From a phage, in sequence record PZ445511.1: a stretch of DNA of 64,000 nucleotides, one strand, 5' to 3'. This document shows, piece after piece, positions 54,972-64,000 of this stretch. Numbering within the stretch: the stretch's first letter is position 1; every line of letters begins with the position of its first letter. The notes under the pieces are model-generated. The model worked only from the letters and a program-made list of their open reading frames with translations. It made no database searches and was not told where the DNA came from. The position numbers and the translations under genes are program-made.

Positions 54972-55374
54972 CCTTTGATGAAAAGCTATCCCATCATAAG
55001 GGGAGGTGTCCGAAAACCTCACCACGAGGATTTTAGATTTTGTCAAGTAGGCAAGAGCAGAAATAAATGAAAAAATTACTTGCTAAACTGCTTATTTGTG
55101 TGTTATTCGTGCGCCCGTTTCATTAAATTTAGTGCGCCGCTGGACGTGGTGCGGTGGCGTTTGTCTTTACGTTTCTTTACAAAAATAAGGTTGCGCCCTT
55201 CTCGGTATTCTCCTATTATTTATCACGTAGGGCGGCAATGACGAACTACACGGCGGGGATAACAGCGATTGACAGTCTGTTTGACCTTTCAAAACCCTGC
55301 CATGCTCTTTAAAAATTAGGGAACATCTTAAAGCCTATCGGCGGTAAACTTAGATATTATAAGGAATCGACGAT

Positions 55375-55584
55375 ATGAAACAAACGCTTTTGATCACTGG
55401 CAAGCCTATCAAGTCACTTGATAGCAGAACAAAAAATTTGTTGACAGTAGCGCAACGATCTGTAAAATACAGATTCAAGCAATACAAGAAAGGCAAGCAA
55501 CAAGGGCTGGAAATGGTGTGGCGTAATATAATGATTGATTTATATAACTCATATCAAATAGAAAAAAGTTTAAAAAACGCTTGA
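55375..55584 (+). CDS. hypothetical small basic protein (may be spurious)
   Basis: 69 aa; contains internal TTGACA-16-TAAAAT promoter-like motif. Confidence 0.3.
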   Translation: MKQTLLITGKPIKSLDSRTKNLLTVAQRSVKYRFKQYKKGKQQGLEMVWRNIMIDLYNSYQIEKSLKNA

Positions 55585-55609
55585 CACGCTAGCCGATAGG
55601 TTTTAAGAT
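55581..55609 (+). promoter_or_regulatory. putative promoter (TTGACA-17-TAAGAT)
   Basis: consensus -35 with weaker -10. Confidence 0.35.
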
Positions 55610-55815
55610 GTTCCCTAGTTTTTAAAGAGTGATAACTTGATAAAATTTGACGGTCGGCACTTACCATAATGTGCCCCGCCCCCTAACTGGGATATAGCGG
55701 CCCGCGTGGAGTTCTTTAAATTTATTATATTGGCTAGCGGATTATAATCTAATAGCGTTTCAAAGTATCGAGGCGCTATTGTGGAATAATCCCCCAATAA
55801 ACCGGAGTATTAAAA

Positions 55816-56067
55816 ATGCAAAACGTTATCACCGCACCGAAAGTAGGTCAATCCGTTTTTATTCCTTTCGTTACTAAAACGGATGAATTAACTGGAAAAG
55901 CTGAACGTATTAAAGGTGCGGCGCTTGATCCCTTTGATAAAATTGAAGCGGTATACGCGGAAACGGAACGCAGTAACAACGGCAAGCCAATTTATAACGT
56001 TCGCGTTAAATCTGGCGACGTTGTAAAAATCATTCAGAAAGATGATAAATGGCAAGCTATTAGCTAA
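55816..56067 (+). CDS. hypothetical protein
   Basis: 83 aa. Confidence 0.5.
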   Translation: MQNVITAPKVGQSVFIPFVTKTDELTGKAERIKGAALDPFDKIEAVYAETERSNNGKPIYNVRVKSGDVVKIIQKDDKWQAIS

Positions 56068-56166
56068 TTAGTGTTACTTTTATATTCCCCTGAAATATGG
56101 GGAATATATGGATTAACATTAGTTAATCATAATCCCTTAATTAATAATTGAATGGAGTATTAAATT

Positions 56167-56583
56167 ATGTCTAACGTTAAAACCGAAAAAACCGCAAAAT
56201 TCTCTTGGAACGAAGAAAACACCGAAAAGGCTGTTTCTATGTATTCTGAAATGGTCGCTAAAAGCGGAATTGAATTTGCTAACAGTGACGGCTTGAAAGA
56301 AATCGCCGCCGCCGTTGGTGCTGCTAGTCCGGTGTCTGTACGTTCTAAATTGACCAGTGCAAAAGCCTACCAGAAAAGCGACAAGCCGCGTAAAGTTGGC
56401 GGCGGTAGCTCTGTCCGTAAAGCTCACTATGTGCGCGTCATTGCTAAACATGCCATTGATAGCGGCATTGTAAAAGACGCTGACGATCTGGCAAGTCTGG
56501 AAAGTGCTAAACTGGAAACACTGGACGCCGTAGCGCAATTATTAGGCGTAGCGGAGGAAGTAAAACAGGCCGCAGGTGAATAA
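56167..56583 (+). CDS. A2: pre-early A2-like protein
   Basis: 138 aa immediately upstream of A1-like gene; assignment by size and position only. Confidence 0.4.
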   Translation: MSNVKTEKTAKFSWNEENTEKAVSMYSEMVAKSGIEFANSDGLKEIAAAVGAASPVSVRSKLTSAKAYQKSDKPRKVGGGSSVRKAHYVRVIAKHAIDSGIVKDADDLASLESAKLETLDAVAQLLGVAEEVKQAAGE

Positions 56584-56633
56584 ATTTTAATTAGCGGGGA
56601 ATATTCCCCGCTAACCCTTAAAGGAGAATAATC

Positions 56634-56861
56634 TTGATCTTTTATCCTAGCGAAGCGTTTATTTTAGGTTTATTTATTATTGCCGCTATATTTATATTTA
56701 ATTACGGCAAATATATAATTTCTATTATCGGCATTAATTCAGCTTATGCCGCTGATATGTTTAAACGTCAAGCTAATAAACAAAAATATCTGGCGATTAT
56801 ATTTTTAACGCTGGCTATTAGTTGCGGTTTTAGTTCTAGTCTTATGCCAATTCTAGAATAA
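56634..56861 (+). CDS. small membrane protein
   Basis: 75 aa. Confidence 0.4.
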   Translation: MIFYPSEAFILGLFIIAAIFIFNYGKYIISIIGINSAYAADMFKRQANKQKYLAIIFLTLAISCGFSSSLMPILE

Positions 56862-56969
56862 TATTGCAAATTATAACGCCTTTTAAATTGTCCTCACTTC
56901 AGGCAAGGCGTTATATTTGGCAATATTGCCAGTATTAATATTTATCCCTTTAATGGAGTTAATTAACTT

Positions 56970-58634
56970 ATGAATATTTCCGCAGAAAAACAAGCTCAAA
57001 TTTTGAAAATGGCCGCAGATTTTAACTTCTACGGTAAGCGTTTACGCGCTACTAAATTGGAAGTTTGCGACGATATTTCAAAAGCTGTTTATGATACGCC
57101 GAAACATTCAACCGCAATTTGTGATTGGCTGGAAGCAAACAAGCCAGCGAAACCGAAAGCGGCAAAAGCTGAAAAGGCGATTAAAAATGATGATCGCCCC
57201 GAAGCGGCGGGAATTGTTTCTAGTACCGTTGAACAATGGGAAGTTAAATCCGGTCGCCGTTTTATTCTAACGTCGATTCAAAATAATACTTTCCCTCATA
57301 AAAACTTTTTAGCAAGTCTAGAAAAATTCGCTGAATATTGCGGCGCTGAATTGCTGATTAGTAAATTCATTTATAATAAAAATGGATTCCAGAACGGGGA
57401 AGGGGCAAACGGTATTAAATACGATCCCGCATTTGATAAATATGTTTGTGATAAAAACGTATTTTTAAATAACCGCCGCTTTGCTTTCATGGCTGAAATT
57501 AACGTTTTGCCAACGGCAGATTATCCGCTTTCAGGATTCGCAGAAACTGCCACCGCTTTAAATATTGAAGGTCTGGCAATTGGTCACGCAAAAATTACCG
57601 CCGAAAGCGTGCCAGCTTTAAAAGGTGAAGTAGTGCGCCGTATGTATTCAACCGGAACGGCTACACTTAAAAACTATATTCAGCAGAAAGCAGGTCAAAA
57701 AGCTGAGGCTTTACATAATTACGGCGCTTTGCTGGTAGAATTTGACGACGACGGCGAATTTTTCGTGCGCCAGCTTGAAACAATGGACGAAAGCGGAATG
57801 TTCTATGATCTGAATATTTGCGCCACTCCTAGCGGTTGCAAAGAAATTACCGGACACATTTTAGGCTTACAATATGGCGATATTCACGCCGAAAAATTAG
57901 ATGATGAATGCGCCGTCGCTTCATGGGCTAGTGAAAATTCATTGCTTGATATTCTTAAACCGAAATATCAGTTTATTCATGATGTGCATGATTTTACATC
58001 GCGTAACCATCACAACCGCGCTAGTGGTGTATTCCTTGCTAAACAGTACGCCGCAGGACGTGATAAAGTTATTGATGATCTCATTGATACCGGTCGCGTG
58101 TTGGAATCTATGGAACGTGAATTTAGTCAAACAATCATTGTGGAATCCAACCATGATTTAGCTCTTTCACGCTGGCTTGATGATCGTAACGCAAACATTA
58201 AGGACGATCCCGCAAACGCCGAGCTATACCACAGCCTAAACGCTGCGATTTACGCCGCAATTGCAAAACAAGATGATACCTTTAACGTATTGGATTACGC
58301 GCTTAGAAACGTTGCAGGTTGCGAATTTAACGCTATTTTCCTGACTACTGACCAGTCATTTAAAATCGCTGGCATTGAATGTGGCGTACATGGTCACAAC
58401 GGCATTAATGGCAGTCGGGGCAATCCTAAACAGTTTAAAAAGTTGGGACGCCTTAACACTGGTCACACTCACACGGCTAGCATATACGGCGGCGTTTATA
58501 CCGCTGGCGTTGCTGGTAGTCTCGATATGGGTTACAACGTGGGCGCGTCAAGCTGGACGCAAACGCATTTAATTACCTATGCAAACGGGCAACGTACTTT
58601 GATTGATTTCAAAAACGGTAAATTCTTTGCATAA
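56970..58634 (+). CDS. A1: pre-early A1-like metallophosphoesterase
   Basis: 554 aa; phosphoesterase motifs GDIHAE, HDVHD, HTHT; size fits my recollection of T5 A1. Confidence 0.6.
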   Translation: MNISAEKQAQILKMAADFNFYGKRLRATKLEVCDDISKAVYDTPKHSTAICDWLEANKPAKPKAAKAEKAIKNDDRPEAAGIVSSTVEQWEVKSGRRFILTSIQNNTFPHKNFLASLEKFAEYCGAELLISKFIYNKNGFQNGEGANGIKYDPAFDKYVCDKNVFLNNRRFAFMAEINVLPTADYPLSGFAETATALNIEGLAIGHAKITAESVPALKGEVVRRMYSTGTATLKNYIQQKAGQKAEALHNYGALLVEFDDDGEFFVRQLETMDESGMFYDLNICATPSGCKEITGHILGLQYGDIHAEKLDDECAVASWASENSLLDILKPKYQFIHDVHDFTSRNHHNRASGVFLAKQYAAGRDKVIDDLIDTGRVLESMEREFSQTIIVESNHDLALSRWLDDRNANIKDDPANAELYHSLNAAIYAAIAKQDDTFNVLDYALRNVAGCEFNAIFLTTDQSFKIAGIECGVHGHNGINGSRGNPKQFKKLGRLNTGHTHTASIYGGVYTAGVAGSLDMGYNVGASSWTQTHLITYANGQRTLIDFKNGKFFA

Positions 58635-58686
58635 TTAAATTTAATCGGCGGTTGAAATATACCGCCATTAATAAAAGGTTTATTAA

Positions 58687-58965
58687 ATGGCTAGTAAAAT
58701 TAATATATCTATCCCTGATAGCAATTGTTTAGAAGATATTGCATGGTCTGAAATGTCTTTTGATAGTTGCGTTTATTTAGTTACCCGTGGAATGTACGCG
58801 GGAATGTACGCCGTATGGGATAGTAATATTGGCGAAAATATGATCTTTTTCGGAAAAGATTCTATTCAGGTAATGACAGGCGATTACCTTAATCAAGAAA
58901 GGAAAGACGGCGACGAAACATATTTTCGTAAAACTGATTTATCTTTAAATGTATTTTTTCAATAA
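58687..58965 (+). CDS. hypothetical protein
   Basis: 92 aa. Confidence 0.5.
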   Translation: MASKINISIPDSNCLEDIAWSEMSFDSCVYLVTRGMYAGMYAVWDSNIGENMIFFGKDSIQVMTGDYLNQERKDGDETYFRKTDLSLNVFFQ

Positions 58966-58997
58966 ATCCCGTAATTAAATAATCTGGAGTCATAAAC

Positions 58998-59390
58998 ATG
59001 AAAAACCAAAACATTCCTTTTGATCGTGCTACTTCTTCCATCGTTCTAGTTTATTCTAATGGCGAACGTTATCACGTCGAAGCGGGGCAAGTTAATTTCG
59101 ATTTGCTGAATTATAACGACGCTTTGCAGGTTACTACCTTTGCTTATGATACCGGCAAAGTGGCAAGCCATACGAAAGCAAAAGGCGTTTACGCTGATAC
59201 TTTGACAGTGCAAACAATCATTATTGATGCGCTTAAATCCGGTCTAGCGTTTGCGGTTGTTAAGCCGTGTCCGGTCTGCAATCCCGAAGCTAGCGCAATG
59301 GTTTATACTTGCGCGGGTATCCGTTCTAGCGTACATGGTGAAGATCTTTCCTTTATCGGTGACGCGCTAGCGTATGGCCTCACTAACTAA
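58998..59390 (+). CDS. hypothetical protein
   Basis: 130 aa. Confidence 0.5.
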   Translation: MKNQNIPFDRATSSIVLVYSNGERYHVEAGQVNFDLLNYNDALQVTTFAYDTGKVASHTKAKGVYADTLTVQTIIIDALKSGLAFAVVKPCPVCNPEASAMVYTCAGIRSSVHGEDLSFIGDALAYGLTN

Positions 59391-59477
59391 TAGTTAATTG
59401 AACATTGCCAGCTAATCTAATATAATTAGCTGGCAAGATTGAATTAACCTAAATCCCTTAAATGGAGAATGTAACAA

Positions 59478-60212
59478 ATGAATCAAGTCAACATGAATAT
59501 TACCCGCACTTTCCCGCATATTTCCCGCGTTATGATTTGGGATTTAGACGGGACAATCATTAATTCATTCCATCGTGTAGCGCCTTGCTTTGATGATAAC
59601 GGGAATTTAGATTTAAATAAGTATTCCCGCGAAGCCTGCAAACATGAATTAATTATGCAGGATTCCTTATTACCATTGGTTGAATATATGCGCCAATGTA
59701 TGAATGATCCCAATACCTTAAACCTTATTTGTACCGCTCGCTTAATGGGTAAATCTGATTATTATTTCTTGCGTAAACAAAGTCTAAGAGGGCGCGGAAA
59801 TAGTAATATTCGCGTATTTTCCCGCGATACATTACATAAATACTTTGATGCAAATAAGGTTAGTGAAATATATCACAGCAAAGACGCAGTATATAAAAGC
59901 TATTACTTTGAACTGTTTAAACAGCTATATCCTAACGCTGATTTTACGATGATTGATGATCATAAAGGCGTATTATCAGCAGCAGCAAACGCAGGATTTA
60001 AAACGCTGGACGCTCAAGCTGTTAACGATATCCTATCAATTGGGGTAACATTGATTGGTGAAACCTTTATTGATGAATCGCTTGATGATGATAACGATTA
60101 TCAATTCCTAGCCGAACGTTTAAAAATGTGTTGGGAAGGTATGACCGAGGAAGAACGCGCAGAATATAGTACCACTCCGCAACAGTTCATCGACAAATTA
60201 AAAGTTGCCTAA
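59478..60212 (+). CDS. dmp: HAD-superfamily phosphatase, 5'-deoxyribonucleotidase-like
   Basis: 244 aa; HAD motif IWDLDGTI; size fits T5 Dmp. Confidence 0.6.
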   Translation: MNQVNMNITRTFPHISRVMIWDLDGTIINSFHRVAPCFDDNGNLDLNKYSREACKHELIMQDSLLPLVEYMRQCMNDPNTLNLICTARLMGKSDYYFLRKQSLRGRGNSNIRVFSRDTLHKYFDANKVSEIYHSKDAVYKSYYFELFKQLYPNADFTMIDDHKGVLSAAANAGFKTLDAQAVNDILSIGVTLIGETFIDESLDDDNDYQFLAERLKMCWEGMTEEERAEYSTTPQQFIDKLKVA

Positions 60213-60375
60213 CAATTAAAAATAAAATAGTCACACTGTGTAATGATAACATGGTGTGACTATTAGCTTGCTAAGTACCGGGGCGGTAATGAGACTCATT
60301 CTCATCTGTGGAACCTCTGGGCACACCTTCATGTGTAATCTTATGAAATTTCGAGAATTGGTAATTAGCGCTAAC

Positions 60376-60621
60376 TTAGGAAGAACACCGGTCTACTGGC
60401 TTGTCTCCTGATTCTGACATACGAAATCTCCTCCGCGACGCCCGAGATCCATCCGACCACTCTCGCTCAAACTCCGCACGTTTCTCCGCAAACTTCCGCT
60501 CCCTTTCCGAAAGCTCCCGCGATACTCCCGCAATATATTCACGATGCTTATTAATCGCCCCGAGTGTTCCGAAGATTCCCGCAAGTACCCCGATAATGAA
60601 GATAGCTACAAAGCTAAACAT
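60376..60621 (-). CDS. small membrane protein
   Basis: 81 aa with N-terminal TM. Confidence 0.45.
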   Translation of the reverse strand: MFSFVAIFIIGVLAGIFGTLGAINKHREYIAGVSRELSERERKFAEKRAEFEREWSDGSRASRRRFRMSESGDKPVDRCSS

Positions 60622-60808
60622 CTAATTCCCTCTCAAGTTGGTGAATACGTGCCCGATCATTACGTTGGGAGTCCAGTAACTTATCCATATTAATGTTTAG
60701 TTGGGTGACTTTATCCTCTAGCCGCTGTATACGATTACGATGTGACGTCATATATCCAACAATCCAGACAAGCCATACTACAAGTGTAATAAGTCCTAGC
60801 CAATCCAT
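60614..60808 (-). CDS. small membrane protein
   Basis: 64 aa with N-terminal TM. Confidence 0.45.
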   Translation of the reverse strand: MDWLGLITLVVWLVWIVGYMTSHRNRIQRLEDKVTQLNINMDKLLDSQRNDRARIHQLERELDV

Positions 60809-60912
60809 TATTTATCTCCCCGCAGCTTACGTTCGATATGAGCTAAGTGGTTATCTAAAATGCACTGCCCGATAATTACCACAACTAGTAAAGCAATAAT
60901 TACTACTTCCAT
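60809..60912 (-). CDS. small membrane protein (34 aa)
   Basis: hand-translated MEVVIIALLVVVIIGQ...; abuts downstream gene. Confidence 0.3.
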
Positions 60913-61376
60913 TATAACCACCCCGCCATAGCTGCTAACCAAAAGAGTACAAAGATAAAGAATAACACAGTCCCGAATCCGAAACTATTTATCCAACTTT
61001 CGTACACTTCCCCGCGTCTGTTCTTTCTTCTGTTGTCGCCTGACATCTCTTTGCTTCTCCTGTAAGTCCGGTATTTGGAATACCCTAGCAAATTGCACGA
61101 ACCATTATGACTGTCCCGATAAGATCCATTACTTCGTCGAAGCCGGATTCTTCTAGTAAGAAGGATGTTCCCATCACGTCTTCTATTGTATCTTCTATGA
61201 CGTCTTGAATGATTTCATCAATTGCATCATGTATTGCTTTTTAGTCCTGGGATCTATTTCAAAGTTAACAGGTTCCTGAAAGGACTTTTCTTCATCTTGC
61301 ATTGTGTTTGCTACCTGTACCTCATCCCAGAAATAAAAATTTTTGTTTACTTCGAGATCTTTTTACTTTATACTAA

Positions 61377-61643
61377 TTACAAGTGACCAGATTGTTCTAG
61401 TTTAAATTTGCAATCGCCATATTTGAGATCAAACTGTGACAGATCCCACCACCCAAACTTAGTGCGTAACTGAGTTTTAGGGAATCGATAGCCCACAGTA
61501 CGTGCTTCTCGAATATCTAAAGCATAGTGTTCTTCACCAACATGACCATAAGACTTCACGTATGCCTTACAGAACGGCTTAGGAGCTGGTACACAACCAG
61601 TCAACACTACTGCTGCAACTACGATAGCTAGTAACTTTTTCAT
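61377..61643 (-). CDS. llp: Llp-like lipoprotein (candidate receptor-blocking superinfection-exclusion protein)
   Basis: 88 aa; signal peptide with lipobox LTGC; divergent from and adjacent to RBP gene. Confidence 0.55.
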   Translation of the reverse strand: MKKLLAIVVAAVVLTGCVPAPKPFCKAYVKSYGHVGEEHYALDIREARTVGYRFPKTQLRTKFGWWDLSQFDLKYGDCKFKLEQSGHL

Positions 61644-61726
61644 AATCGTTCCTCTGTTTAATTTATAAATATATTATAGCAAAATAGAGGGATCTAAGCA
61701 AATACATTTTTAAAGAAGGAGATTGT

Positions 61727-63508
61727 ATGAGTTTTTTCGCAGGAAAATTTAGTGATGGTAAAACTGTATTATCTCTAAACGCTGCTAATGGTGGTGATAT
61801 AAATCAGCACTACTCTCCAAATACTAATAGTATCTTCCACTCAGATATGCCATTTGTCCTAGTTGATGGGACTTACGAGGCTGCTCTAGGTGATGCAGGT
61901 AATGGGTATTTTGTTACTCAGATGCCTTGGGATATTATAAACATTAAATCCAATGATCCTGGTAGAGTTATATTAACTGCTATTGAGATAAATGGTACTC
62001 ATAGGGGTTTCCTTAATGGTACACAATCTCAGGTTGGCCAGTTCTTATCATTCTTTGAAGACCAACCACGTGCTGGTGCTGAATTATCTGTAACATCTGC
62101 TTTTGCTATCGGTGATAGTTTAGCTCATGGTACCTATATCTATAATGGTGGTCTTGGCCATGAGGAATCTATTGCTCGGCAAGGTTCTGGAGGCAGTTTA
62201 CTACAGTCCTCTGGTTTCCAGATCTTTAGACCTGGTGGTGTTTCTGCTGGTGAAGCCATTGCCAGAGCCTGGAGTCTTATGGGTTTTCCAACTGGTGTCT
62301 CTACTGTTCCTTTAGATGGTGGTAACGCAGATTATTGGGATCCTAACTGGCAGGCGCCTATTGGTTCTGCTGGTAGAGGCCATGATTGGTTTTATGTTTG
62401 TAGTTCTAATATTCGTGGCTTCGCAGGTAAAAAAGGCGTACTACCAGATAACGTAAACATTAACTACCAATCCCCCTCCTTTCCTACTAAAGTATACGTT
62501 TGTAGGGGTTCTACAACTAATATGGCTGCGCAAGCCACTAGAAAGGTGTATGTACAGGACTGGTACAACGTTACGCCAACTAAGGTTATTTGGTATGTAC
62601 TAAATCTGCGCTATTCTAATGGTAGTATGGGAGTTTCTGGTAATCCATTTACCGGTTCAGATATCCTAATATCTCCATCTAACTTTACTATTAAAGGTGT
62701 TAGCCTACCAAATACAGGCTATAAATTTATCAACCAGAATGCTTTCGGAAACTTAGGCTATCGCCCTGATATGGAGTATGTTGGTAATAACGCTGCGTAT
62801 ACCGGAGTTTTTGGTGATAATACTGCACGATGTGAATTTATCGGCTCTAGTAATGGTGGGTTGTGGTCGCCCGTTAACTATGGGGGTGCAGCTTCCCAAA
62901 TTAGCCTATATAAATTTGGTGTAGGTAAACAATGGTATGTAGATACTAATACCAACTCCATCGGTAATGAACATGGACCTGTGTGGAGTCCTAGTACTGT
63001 ACCCCTCAGGTTATTTCCAGGCAACGTTGCAAGTACTTATGTTGGTGATGATATAACTCCTTCCTACCCTGGTGCTGGTGACTTCTATACACCTTTGGCC
63101 ACTGTTTGGTTAGGATTACCTAATGCTCACTCTACCGTTATATTAACTACTGAAGTTATTATGGGTAATCTTAATACTGCTGGAATGCCTGTGCGTACTT
63201 ACGGCGGTAGCGCTTGGCAGGTACAAGGTAGACGTCAACAAAGTTATACAGCTGGTGATGGTGTATTCCATCAGATTCTTACTCTGCCACCTGGATATCT
63301 AGTACCTTATCACAGTACAACTTCCTATAGTTATACACAAACTTGGGCTAGTAGGCCAGATGAGTTTGCTTTCCGTAGGAACGGATATATTTATACTATT
63401 AAAAACCTTGGTAATGGCAACGTTGAATTGGGTGTTATCATTCACGCTGCGGAAGCGGCGGCTGTTTTCTTGCCAAGACTACGTGTAACAGTTCAACGCC
63501 TAACCTAA
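61727..63508 (+). CDS. oad: receptor-binding tail protein, pb5-like
   Basis: 593 aa; N-terminus MSFFAGK and C-terminus QRLT match my recollection of T5 pb5; Gly/Asn-rich. Confidence 0.6.
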   Translation: MSFFAGKFSDGKTVLSLNAANGGDINQHYSPNTNSIFHSDMPFVLVDGTYEAALGDAGNGYFVTQMPWDIINIKSNDPGRVILTAIEINGTHRGFLNGTQSQVGQFLSFFEDQPRAGAELSVTSAFAIGDSLAHGTYIYNGGLGHEESIARQGSGGSLLQSSGFQIFRPGGVSAGEAIARAWSLMGFPTGVSTVPLDGGNADYWDPNWQAPIGSAGRGHDWFYVCSSNIRGFAGKKGVLPDNVNINYQSPSFPTKVYVCRGSTTNMAAQATRKVYVQDWYNVTPTKVIWYVLNLRYSNGSMGVSGNPFTGSDILISPSNFTIKGVSLPNTGYKFINQNAFGNLGYRPDMEYVGNNAAYTGVFGDNTARCEFIGSSNGGLWSPVNYGGAASQISLYKFGVGKQWYVDTNTNSIGNEHGPVWSPSTVPLRLFPGNVASTYVGDDITPSYPGAGDFYTPLATVWLGLPNAHSTVILTTEVIMGNLNTAGMPVRTYGGSAWQVQGRRQQSYTAGDGVFHQILTLPPGYLVPYHSTTSYSYTQTWASRPDEFAFRRNGYIYTIKNLGNGNVELGVIIHAAEAAAVFLPRLRVTVQRLT

Positions 63509-63518
63509 AGGAGGATAT

Positions 63519-64000
63519 ATGGCAAATGATGTATTAGTTCCCGATCTCATGTCTCCTGAGGGCATGGATGTTATTGAAGCCTATTTACAGTGCGGTAGTG
63601 ATGTTCCTGCCGCCGCTCGTAGTCTTGGAATGTCCGAGATTGCATTTCGTGATATAATGAATCGTGGGGAAGTTAAAAACTATCTCAACGATATCTTTAT
63701 GGAAAGCGGCTTCCGTAATCGTGACCGCTTATTCGGAGTTCTTGACGAAGTTATCAAGCGTAAGCTGGAAGAACTTGAAGAAACTGGCATGGGTTCTGAC
63801 CAGGATATCATGGATATTCTCTGGAAGGCGCACAAGATGAAAATGGAAGAAATGAAAATGATGGTAGAACTGGAGAAAGTGAAGGCAGCAGCCCGTACTC
63901 CGGCTAACCAGACTAACATTCAGAATAATATTATTGCTGGAAGTGGTGACGAAAACTATATGAATCTTATTACCGCTCTAGCAGGAGGAGGTAAGAGATA
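63519..64000 (+). CDS. HTH-containing protein, 3'-truncated by window end
   Basis: ATG 63519 with AGGAGGA RBS; open to window edge; N-terminal helix-turn-helix-like segment. Confidence 0.5.
   Translation, partial: MANDVLVPDLMSPEGMDVIEAYLQCGSDVPAAARSLGMSEIAFRDIMNRGEVKNYLNDIFMESGFRNRDRLFGVLDEVIKRKLEELEETGMGSDQDIMDILWKAHKMKMEEMKMMVELEKVKAAARTPANQTNIQNNIIAGSGDENYMNLITALAGGGKR

Larger units (their letters stand above)
55319..55615. repeat. 23-bp inverted repeats flanking small ORF
   Basis: gggaacatcttaaagcctatcgg (55319-55341) vs ccgataggttttaagatgttccc (55593-55615), 22/23 complementary. Confidence 0.7.

Noticed and set aside
49407-55000. Integrated mobile element or prophage-type insertion
   Set aside because: No integrase, transposase or recombinase motifs were seen in any ORF; the flanking repeats look like regulatory modules, so only a recombination-delimited cassette is proposed.
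60990-61340. Possible frameshift-split acidic ORF on the minus strand
   Set aside because: Two short frames (about 35 and 29 aa) could join across an A5 run, but there is no RBS or homology support; too speculative to annotate.

Overview
This window looks like a T5-like (Demerecviridae-type) virulent coliphage, judged by gene content and order alone; no database search was run. From 1 to about 49.4 kb it is an early region on the + strand: nucleotide-metabolism genes (nrdD on the - strand, phoH, nrdA, nrdB, DHFR, thyA, RNase H, dNMP kinase, thioredoxin-like), a NadR/PnuC NAD+ salvage pair, a GrcA-like glycyl-radical protein, holin/endolysin, phosphatases and several HNH endonucleases. About 28 near-identical sigma70-type promoters (-35 TTGCTT, 17-bp spacer, -10 TATAAT) punctuate it. 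Between 18.9 and 31.7 kb lies a tRNA cluster; I parsed about 31 tRNAs by hand, which together cover all 20 amino acids, plus several tRNA-like RNAs I could not resolve. From 49.4 to 51.0 kb is a gene-free region of iterons and palindromes with DnaA boxes, resembling the T5 injection-stop region. From 51.2 to 54.3 kb is a minus-strand cassette of eight uncharacterised genes bounded by repeated regulatory modules; this is my best candidate for an undescribed system. From 55.4 to 60.2 kb are pre-early-like genes (A2-like, A1-like metallophosphoesterase, HAD-type Dmp-like), followed by an Llp-like lipoprotein and a pb5-like receptor-binding protein. All coordinates, tRNA folds and anticodons were worked out by eye and need tRNAscan-SE/Infernal and homology searches to confirm.
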